From the NCBI RefSeq assembly GCF_021764745.1, contig NZ_JAETXX010000008.1:62548-126547 (forward strand): a DNA stretch of 64,000 nt, given 5' to 3'. The notes beneath the pieces were generated by a model that saw nothing but the letters and a program-made list of their open reading frames with translations, did not search any database and was not told where the DNA came from. Of the stretch, positions 56,603 through 64,000 are shown one piece after another; position 1 is the first letter of the stretch; each line of letters begins with the position of its first letter. The translations under genes and the position numbers were made by a program. The DNA is from Joostella atrarenae (GTDB lineage Bacteria; Bacteroidota; Bacteroidia; Flavobacteriales; Flavobacteriaceae).

Positions 56603-59600
56603 ATGAATTATATATTTAAAACACCAAAACTACTAGTTATTGTAATATTTTTCATTGCAATAACTTACGAAAATTCTGTGTATGGACATGTATCGAAAGA
56701 TGTATTATCCTACATAAATGAAGTTCAGCTCACAGTAAATGGATTAGTTACTTCTGAAAATGGAGATCCTATTCCTGGAGTTAATGTAATGATTAAAGGA
56801 ACATCAAAAGGAGTTCTTACTGACTTTGATGGTAATTACACAATCAATGTTAGTAACTCAAATGCCACTTTAGTCTTTAGTTACATTGGATTTACTAGTC
56901 AGGAGATTGTTGTAGGTAATCAAAAAACTATTAAAGTAACCTTAAAAGAAGATGTTTCTCAACTAGATGAAGTAGTTGTTGTTGGCTATGGTACACAGAA
57001 AAAAGCTAATTTAACCTCAGCAGTATCAACCGTATCATCCGAAGCTCTTGAAAACAGGCCAGTAACAAATCTGACGAGCGCGTTACAAGGAACAACTCCT
57101 GGACTTAACATTTCAAGATCTAGTGGTCAACCTGGAGAAGAAGGATTAAATATTCAAATCAGAGGTATAAGCTCTGCAAATGGAGCTGTAAATCCTTTAG
57201 TTATAGTAGATGGCGTGCCTTCTTCCACTAGTGCTTTAAATCAAACCCTAAACCCTGAAGATGTAGAGTCCGTAACCGTATTAAAAGATGCAGCTGCAGC
57301 ATCTATATACGGATCACAAGCAGCTGGAGGGGTTATACTAGTTACTACTAAATCTGGAAAGTCGGGTAAAACTGTTGTAAGCTATTCAGGACAGATTGCT
57401 GGATCTAAACCTGTAAACATGCCCGAAAGACTCTCTTTGCTAGATGAAGCTAATTATTCAAATCTAGCACGTGAAAATGCAGGAATAGGACCCGAATATA
57501 ATGATCAAGCAATACAAAATATTATAAACGGTGTAGAATATGAGGTAAGCGATAGCAACCCTAATAATTATATTTACTACAATCAGTCTCAAGATGTGAG
57601 AGATATTGTACTAAGAGATGTATCCTTACAATTAACACATAATTTAAAAGTAAGTGGAGGCTCTGAAGATATAAAATACCTATTCTCACTTGGATATTTA
57701 GATCAAGATGGAGTTTTTAAAATAGGTCCTGATAAATTCAAAAGATATACAAGTAGATTAAACCTTAACGCGAATTTAAATAAATATTTAAATTTAGACT
57801 CAAGGGTTTCTTATGCTGTACACAACCGAGATCAACCTTCACAATCTAATTCCGGAAACAACTATGGTCTCTTTCAATATTTACAGACTGTTAGACAAAG
57901 ATATCCCGTCTTTACTCCCGAAGGAAGATTAGCTAGCGGAGCCAACACTTATGCGCTTTTAACAGAGGGTGGATATAAAGATAAAGAAATTAATGAGTTG
58001 GATGGAATCCTAACACTTACTGCTAAAAACTTTATTAAGGGATTAGAAATAAGAACAATATATGGAAGAAAGTTTAGAGCCTATGATAATGAAACATTTA
58101 ATAGGACGGTAACACTTTGGGGTGCATTTGACCCTATTAGATATTTAAATAATCCTAATTCTTTCTCATTATACAAAGAAACCATAGAGACACAAAATTT
58201 TCAGTTTCTTACAGATTATGATCTAAGCTTAAACAAACATAATTTTCATATTTTAGCAGGGTATCAATGGGAAGACTACCGCCTAAGCGGTGTTAATACT
58301 TATGCAAGTTCTTTAGTAAGTAATGACCTTCCAACATTAAATACTGGAGCAAGAGAAAGCTATAACAATACTCAGAACATAAGAACCTACGCGGCTCAAT
58401 CCTTTTTGAGTAGGTTTAGCTACAATTATGATGGTAAATATCTATTTGAAGCTACCATAAGATCTGATGAAACTTCAAGATTAGCACCAGACTCAAGGGT
58501 AAATTGGTTTCCAGCATTATCATTTGCTTGGAATATCCATAAAGAGAACTGGTTTTCTGACACACTCCCATTCATAAGCCAATTTAAACCAAGATTTTCA
58601 TGGGGACAACTAGGCAATGCGAATGGTAATATCATTGGATATTACGATTATCTATCTACACTTTCATCAGGATCTGGATTAGTATTAGGTGCATCAGAAA
58701 ATAGAACTACATATTTTTATCAAAATGGAGTTCCATCATCAACATTAGCCTGGGAAACAATTGAAACTATAAATTACGGTATTGACCTTAGTCTTTTTAA
58801 AAACAGACTACAGACTTCTTTTGACTACTACATCAAGAAAAATAAAAACATGCTTATCCCTTTAGACTTACCAGCTACCTTCGGAGTTAATACTCCCAGA
58901 GTAAATAATGGAGAGTTAAAATCATGGGGATGGGAATTAGATGTAAAATATAATGACCGTATAGGTGAAAATTTTAATTGGAACCTTGGGTTTAATCTTT
59001 CTGACAATCAAAATGAATTAATTAATTATGGAGAAGGCAGGGATGTTGTAAGACTAGGCACAAATAATCTTATTCAAGGATATCCTATTAGTACTATATG
59101 GGGTTATGAAACAAAAGATGGATATATAGAAACCCAAGAGCAATTAGATGCAGCACCTTTTTATAGTAATAAAACAGGAATCGGTGATATAGAATATATA
59201 GATCAAAATGGAGATGGTTTAATCAATCAAGGTTCAGGAACAACTGAGGATCCAGGAGACCTTGTAAACTTAGGAAGCACAAATCCTCGTTATTTATTTG
59301 GTATAACTGGGGGCGCACAATGGAAAAACATAGACTTTAGCTTCTTTTTTCAAGGTGCTGCGGATAGAAGTTATGCTCCGAATAGGCAAGCAATACAACC
59401 CTATGCCTCATCTTGGCTCTCTGCTCAAAAACACCAAGCAGACTATTGGACTCCTGATAACCCTAATGCTGCATACCCAAGACCTTTCTATCAGGGAAGC
59501 CATAATTTTGCGACCTCAGATCGTTGGGTATTGAATGGGAATTATATCAGGTTGAAAAATATTCAACTTGGATACTCATTATCACCTAGTACCATCAAAC

Positions 59601-59767
59601 AAATTGGTCTAAATCAATTACGTTTTTATGTTTCTGGACAAGATATCTTAACCTTTTCAAAATTAGGTGTTTTCGATGGTGTTTTCGATCCAGAGCAAAA
59701 TAATGGGATTAGATCATCTTATCCTGTATTTGCCTATGTTTCATTTGGTATAAATATTTCATTTTAA
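56603..59767 (+). CDS. susC: SusC/RagA-family TonB-dependent transporter
   Basis: 1054 aa. CarbopepD_reg domain (DPIPGVNVMIKGTSKGVLTDFDGNYTI) and TonB box (DEVVVVGYGTQKK). The C-terminal beta-barrel ends in ...NISF. Confidence 0.9.
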   Translation: MNYIFKTPKLLVIVIFFIAITYENSVYGHVSKDVLSYINEVQLTVNGLVTSENGDPIPGVNVMIKGTSKGVLTDFDGNYTINVSNSNATLVFSYIGFTSQEIVVGNQKTIKVTLKEDVSQLDEVVVVGYGTQKKANLTSAVSTVSSEALENRPVTNLTSALQGTTPGLNISRSSGQPGEEGLNIQIRGISSANGAVNPLVIVDGVPSSTSALNQTLNPEDVESVTVLKDAAAASIYGSQAAGGVILVTTKSGKSGKTVVSYSGQIAGSKPVNMPERLSLLDEANYSNLARENAGIGPEYNDQAIQNIINGVEYEVSDSNPNNYIYYNQSQDVRDIVLRDVSLQLTHNLKVSGGSEDIKYLFSLGYLDQDGVFKIGPDKFKRYTSRLNLNANLNKYLNLDSRVSYAVHNRDQPSQSNSGNNYGLFQYLQTVRQRYPVFTPEGRLASGANTYALLTEGGYKDKEINELDGILTLTAKNFIKGLEIRTIYGRKFRAYDNETFNRTVTLWGAFDPIRYLNNPNSFSLYKETIETQNFQFLTDYDLSLNKHNFHILAGYQWEDYRLSGVNTYASSLVSNDLPTLNTGARESYNNTQNIRTYAAQSFLSRFSYNYDGKYLFEATIRSDETSRLAPDSRVNWFPALSFAWNIHKENWFSDTLPFISQFKPRFSWGQLGNANGNIIGYYDYLSTLSSGSGLVLGASENRTTYFYQNGVPSSTLAWETIETINYGIDLSLFKNRLQTSFDYYIKKNKNMLIPLDLPATFGVNTPRVNNGELKSWGWELDVKYNDRIGENFNWNLGFNLSDNQNELINYGEGRDVVRLGTNNLIQGYPISTIWGYETKDGYIETQEQLDAAPFYSNKTGIGDIEYIDQNGDGLINQGSGTTEDPGDLVNLGSTNPRYLFGITGGAQWKNIDFSFFFQGAADRSYAPNRQAIQPYASSWLSAQKHQADYWTPDNPNAAYPRPFYQGSHNFATSDRWVLNGNYIRLKNIQLGYSLSPSTIKQIGLNQLRFYVSGQDILTFSKLGVFDGVFDPEQNNGIRSSYPVFAYVSFGINISF

Positions 59768-59784
59768 TCGCAAAAACAACACTC

Positions 59785-61410
59785 ATGAAAGAAATAAAAA
59801 TTATAGTCGTTTTGGTAATAGCTTGTCTCTTAGGAGTCACTTCATGTGACATTGACAGATTACCAGAAACAAGCTTAACCGACCCTTCCTTTTGGAAAAG
59901 TGAATCAGATTTAAAGTTAGCTTCTAATTATTTATATACTTTTTTTCCAAATTTACCCGTAACATCTGATGTTTGGTCTGATGATGCTTATGGGACTAGT
60001 ACCAATAGTATCAGTGATGGATCAAGACTTACACCTTCATCTGATGGTTTTTATGGCACCCAATATAGACTCATTAGAGCAGCAAATAACATTATAGAGA
60101 AATCTACACTACTTCTAGATGAAGGTGTTGAAAAGAAAATAGTTGATCGATATGTTGGTGAAGCTCGTTTTTTTAGAGCATGGGGATATTATCAATTATT
60201 TCAAAGATATGGAGGGGTTCCATTAATTTTAAAAACACTAACTGAAGACGCCCCAGAATTAGATCAACCACAAGCCTCAAGAGAAGAAGTCATAGATGTA
60301 ATCTATAATGATTTAGATTTTGCTAGTCAAAACTTACCACTTCCTAGCATGCTCTCTTCTGATGATTATGGAAGAGTGACAAAAACGGCTGCATATGCTT
60401 TTAAATCTAGAGTAGCTTTATTTGAAGGTACTCGTTCAAAATTTCATAATTATGGTAATGCAACGGAGCATTTAACAATTGCTAAAAGTGCCGCTTTAGC
60501 TGTAATAAAAACTGGAGAACATAATATCTTTAATTCTTACTACCAACTATTTCAATACGAAGGAGAGGGAAGTCAAAATAAGGAAAATATTATTGTAAGA
60601 GTATATGGAAAGAGCTTAGAAGACGCTATAGATTCTCACAACTCTCAAAGAATTTTAGAACAAGGAAGAGTTAATCCTACAAAGGCATTAGCAGACTCAT
60701 ACCTAATGTCTGATGGATTACCTATGGATAAATCCCCATTATATCAACAACCTAGTTCAATTAATGGTGTATTTGAAAATAGAGACCCTAGAATGGTGTA
60801 TTCTTTCCTTAAAACAGGTGATGAGTACATAGGTTCACAGCCAACTTTTAACATACCATCTCTTTCATTTCAAAGAACTGGCTTTGCTAATAGAAGATAT
60901 ACTAATACTAATGATTGGTCTAACCAAAGATCCTTTATTGATTATCCTATTCTACGTTATGCAGAAGTACTGTTAAATTATGCTGAAGCTACCTATGAGT
61001 TAAATGAAAGTATCAGCGATGAAGATTTAAATAAATCCATAAACAAACTTAGAGATAGAGAAGATGTTCAACTTCCTGCTCTAACCAATACTTTTATCTC
61101 TATTAATAGCCTTGACATGAGAGAGGAGATTAGAAGAGAACGAAGAGTAGAATTAGCTTTAAACGGATTCAGATACTGGGACTTAATCCGTTGGAAAACT
61201 GCAGAAACTGAATTGCTAAAACCTGTATTAGGAAACTATTACTTTGAGGAGTTTGGCACACAAGTTACTCCTGAGTTAAATGCCGAAAACTATATTCTAC
61301 TTCAAACAGCAGATAGAAGGTTTTTTGATCCAGAAAGAGATTACTTATGGCCATTCCCAGTAAATCAAATATCTCTAAACCCTAATTTAGAGCAAAATCC
61401 GAAATGGTAA
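59785..61410 (+). CDS. susD: SusD/RagB-family lipoprotein
   Basis: 541 aa with lipobox (LGVTSCDID), directly after susC. C-terminal W-rich region (YLWPFPVNQ). Confidence 0.85.
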   Translation: MKEIKIIVVLVIACLLGVTSCDIDRLPETSLTDPSFWKSESDLKLASNYLYTFFPNLPVTSDVWSDDAYGTSTNSISDGSRLTPSSDGFYGTQYRLIRAANNIIEKSTLLLDEGVEKKIVDRYVGEARFFRAWGYYQLFQRYGGVPLILKTLTEDAPELDQPQASREEVIDVIYNDLDFASQNLPLPSMLSSDDYGRVTKTAAYAFKSRVALFEGTRSKFHNYGNATEHLTIAKSAALAVIKTGEHNIFNSYYQLFQYEGEGSQNKENIIVRVYGKSLEDAIDSHNSQRILEQGRVNPTKALADSYLMSDGLPMDKSPLYQQPSSINGVFENRDPRMVYSFLKTGDEYIGSQPTFNIPSLSFQRTGFANRRYTNTNDWSNQRSFIDYPILRYAEVLLNYAEATYELNESISDEDLNKSINKLRDREDVQLPALTNTFISINSLDMREEIRRERRVELALNGFRYWDLIRWKTAETELLKPVLGNYYFEEFGTQVTPELNAENYILLQTADRRFFDPERDYLWPFPVNQISLNPNLEQNPKW

Positions 61411-61423
61411 CATAACCTATAGC

Positions 61424-61459
61424 AACCGTTCCAATTATAATGGAACGGTTGTTTTTTTT
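61424..61459 (+). terminator. Rho-independent terminator after susD (CAACCGTTCCA-loop-TGGAACGGTTG followed by T8)
   Basis: Read directly: CAACCGTTCCAattataaTGGAACGGTTGtttttttt, 14 nt after the susD stop and 9 nt before the next ATG. Confidence 0.7.
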
Positions 61460-61467
61460 AATCTACT

Positions 61468-63417
61468 ATGAATTCAATGAAACCAATTAATACACAGTTC
61501 TCAACATTAATCATAATTTGCATCACTTTATTTAGCTATGCACAAGAAAAAAGAGACTTTTTGTCTAAGCAATTAATAAATATAGAACAACCTATAACTA
61601 CTAGCACAACATTTTTTACTACAAAACAAGAAATAACAAAACAACTTAAAGAACTATCCCCTACTCAAAAAGAAACAATAATAAAAAAAGCAAAAACTGC
61701 ATCTTCATACTCTTGGCCTAGTATTCCTGCTACAACTTACTTAGAGTTTAAGCGTACTGGAAACAGAGATATCATGCAGAAATATCAAAATGAGAAAAAG
61801 AAAAATCTACAAAATTTAATTTTAGCAGAACTTCTAGAAAATAAAGGAGAGTATTTGGACGCGATAATAAACGGCAGTTGGTCTCTATGTGAACAAACTA
61901 CTTGGGTACTATCAGCTCATTTAGCTTCTCAAAAAGGAGGTGCTGGAATTCCTAACATCGAAGAACCAATAATAGATCTTGGAGCTGGTGAAGTTTCAAG
62001 TTTATTAGTATGGACGTATCACTTTTTTAAAGAAGATTTTAAAGAAATTTCTCCTTTTCTATACAATAGAATTCCTTTAGAAATAAAGAACAGAATTATC
62101 AATCCTTATTTAAGTCGAGATGACTTTTGGTGGATGGCATTTAAAAAGGAAACCTTTGTAAACAACTGGAATCCTTGGTGTAATTACAATACACTGTTAA
62201 GCACCTTACTTCTTCAAGATCAAGTGTCCGAAGAAAATAAATCTGAGGTATTGATAAAATCATTAAAATCTGTAGATAAATTTATAAACTATTATAAAGC
62301 GGATGGAGCTTGTGAAGAGGGCCCTAGTTATTGGAGCCATGCTGGCGGCAAAATGTTAGAATATTTAGAACTTGTTTTTAATGCCACTGATGGAAAAATA
62401 TCCCTAAGAGATAATGATCTTGTTCATAAAATGGGAACCTATATAATGGATGCTAATATTGAAAATGATTATTATGTAAACTTTTCGGATGCTTCTGTAA
62501 GAGCTAATCCTAATCCCGGAATAATATATAGATATGGAGTTTACACAAAAGATAAAGCTTTAAAGCAATTTGCCGCCTATTTAGCTAATGAAAATTCTTT
62601 TTATGAAAACATGACTCACCACGCTATAGATCAAATAATAAATAATTTAAAAATTAAGGATGATTTAAAAGATACTACTCCTGAAAAAATAAATAATCTT
62701 TCTTTTGAATACTTAGAAACTGGAATTGTTGGAGGAAGGACTTCAAAAGAAAAAGATCAAGGATTCTTTTTTGCCGCAAAAGGAGGCTACAACGACGAAA
62801 GTCACAATCACAACGATGCTGGCTCTTTTATCTTATACTATAAAGGGAAACCACTAATTGCTGATATAGGTGTAGAAACTTATTCTAAAAAAACATTTAG
62901 CAAACAACGATATGAAATTTGGACTATGCAGTCTAATTACCACAATCTACCCATGATTAATGGGGTTCCTCAATCTTATGGTCATGAGTATAAAGCCACA
63001 AACACAAGTTTTAAAGACTCGCGATCAAAACTTAACTATAATTTAAACATAAATAAAGCTTATCCTGAAGAAGCTTACTGCGAATCATTTAAAAGAAAAT
63101 ACACTCTACAAAGAGGAAGTAATCCTAAACTATATGTTACCGATTCTTATCAACTTAAAGAGTATAGAAACCCTACAGTAGAACATTTTATAACAGCTTC
63201 AAAACCTGACTTAATAAAGGATGGCGAAATAAAACTAGATAATAATGTGTTACTACAATATCCGCAAAACACCTTTGAAGTAAACATTGAAACATTGCCT
63301 TTAAAAGATAAGAAGCTGCTAAATTCATGGCAACAAGATAAGTTATATAGAATCAAACTTATTTCCACAGACACTAGTTTAACTAATAATTGGAACTTTA
63401 TAATTAGCGAAATATAA
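61468..63417 (+). CDS. Heparinase II/III-like polysaccharide lyase-family protein
   Basis: 649 aa with signal peptide. HNHNDAGSF motif (Hepar_II_III hallmark) preceded by an alpha/alpha-toroid-like N-terminal region. Confidence 0.6.
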   Translation: MNSMKPINTQFSTLIIICITLFSYAQEKRDFLSKQLINIEQPITTSTTFFTTKQEITKQLKELSPTQKETIIKKAKTASSYSWPSIPATTYLEFKRTGNRDIMQKYQNEKKKNLQNLILAELLENKGEYLDAIINGSWSLCEQTTWVLSAHLASQKGGAGIPNIEEPIIDLGAGEVSSLLVWTYHFFKEDFKEISPFLYNRIPLEIKNRIINPYLSRDDFWWMAFKKETFVNNWNPWCNYNTLLSTLLLQDQVSEENKSEVLIKSLKSVDKFINYYKADGACEEGPSYWSHAGGKMLEYLELVFNATDGKISLRDNDLVHKMGTYIMDANIENDYYVNFSDASVRANPNPGIIYRYGVYTKDKALKQFAAYLANENSFYENMTHHAIDQIINNLKIKDDLKDTTPEKINNLSFEYLETGIVGGRTSKEKDQGFFFAAKGGYNDESHNHNDAGSFILYYKGKPLIADIGVETYSKKTFSKQRYEIWTMQSNYHNLPMINGVPQSYGHEYKATNTSFKDSRSKLNYNLNINKAYPEEAYCESFKRKYTLQRGSNPKLYVTDSYQLKEYRNPTVEHFITASKPDLIKDGEIKLDNNVLLQYPQNTFEVNIETLPLKDKKLLNSWQQDKLYRIKLISTDTSLTNNWNFIISEI

Positions 63418-63484
63418 TTACGTGAAAATCCAAAATCAACAAGAAGAATTTGGCGGAGATGAAAAAAACAATTAATTTAACGAA

Positions 63485-64000
63485 ATGAAACGACACTTAT
63501 ATACTATTTTATTCTTTCTTTTTACGATATTCTTGACAGCCCAAGAGAAAATTAATATAATCCCTGCTCCAAATAATATTGAATTATATAAAGGAAACTT
63601 TACCCTTAACTCAAGTTCAACAGTTACCATAAATTCCAATCAATTAGAAGACATTCGTTATTACCTTACGAATGAAATATTAGAAAATACAGGGATATCC
63701 ATAATTACTTCTGATAAAACTAATAGAGCAGATATTACTTTAGAACTTTCTGAAAAACATCACAACGAAGGATATTATGAACTTACAGTTAACAATAATC
63801 AAGTAAATATTAAAGCTGGAACTTTATCTGGGATGATGAATGGTGCTAGCAGCTTACTACAATTAATCACTATCAATAAAGCCAAGACAAACAAAATATC
63901 CATACCAAATTTATCAATAAAGGAAAAGCCAAAATACGCTTGGCGCGGTTTAATGTTGGACACTTCAAGATATTTTATCAGTAAAGATAAATTAAAGGAA
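63485..64000 (+). CDS. GH20 beta-N-acetylhexosaminidase, 3' truncated by window edge
   Basis: ATG at 63485. Signal peptide, then IIPAPNNIEL (GH20b N-domain start) and WRGLMLDTSRYF (the GH20 catalytic-domain R-G-x-M-L-D-x-S-R motif). No stop in the window, so it is absent from the ORF track. Confidence 0.75.
   Translation, partial: MKRHLYTILFFLFTIFLTAQEKINIIPAPNNIELYKGNFTLNSSSTVTINSNQLEDIRYYLTNEILENTGISIITSDKTNRADITLELSEKHHNEGYYELTVNNNQVNIKAGTLSGMMNGASSLLQLITINKAKTNKISIPNLSIKEKPKYAWRGLMLDTSRYFISKDKLKE

Overview
This window is an AT-rich marine Bacteroidota (Flavobacteriia-like) chromosomal segment dominated by brown-algal polysaccharide utilisation genes. (1) 1-15.8 kb is an alginate-type PUL: GntR/FadR regulator, SDR, MFS uronate transporter, SusC/SusD pair, KdgF-like cupin, a PL17-like lyase (alginate-lyase plus heparinase II/III architecture) and a PL6-like beta-helix lyase. 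(2) 15.9-25.4 kb is an ECF-sigma/anti-sigma controlled SusC/SusD locus that carries only a fasciclin-like lipoprotein, a small lipoprotein and a thioredoxin-fold protein, with no CAZymes. (3) 25.9-34.9 kb is a five-gene minus-strand cassette: small YbjN/YjfI-like protein, PspA/IM30, YqiJ/NfeD-like membrane protein, YqiK-type flotillin, and a 1624-aa protein with a single MoxR/AAA_5-like ATPase domain. It is bounded by a divergent XRE-HTH/S24-like regulator gene and a rho-independent terminator. This cassette is the most likely undescribed system in the window. (4) 35.1-38.3 kb encodes regulators (TetR-like), an ABC1/UbiB-family kinase and a DUF2805 protein. (5) 38.3-53.5 kb is a ~15 kb minus-strand fucoidan-type operon: four GH29 and one GH95 fucosidases, two formylglycine sulfatases, and candidate non-phosphorylative L-fucose catabolic enzymes (amidohydrolase-2 lactonase, FAH-family hydrolase, SDR). 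(6) 53.9-64 kb is a second SusC/SusD PUL with GH88, a heparinase II/III-like protein and a partial GH20. No rRNA, tRNA or CRISPR was found. Several palindromic candidate operators and a family of CCAAT..ATTGG-centred terminators were noted. All calls rest on manual motif reading and remembered family signatures; no searches were run.
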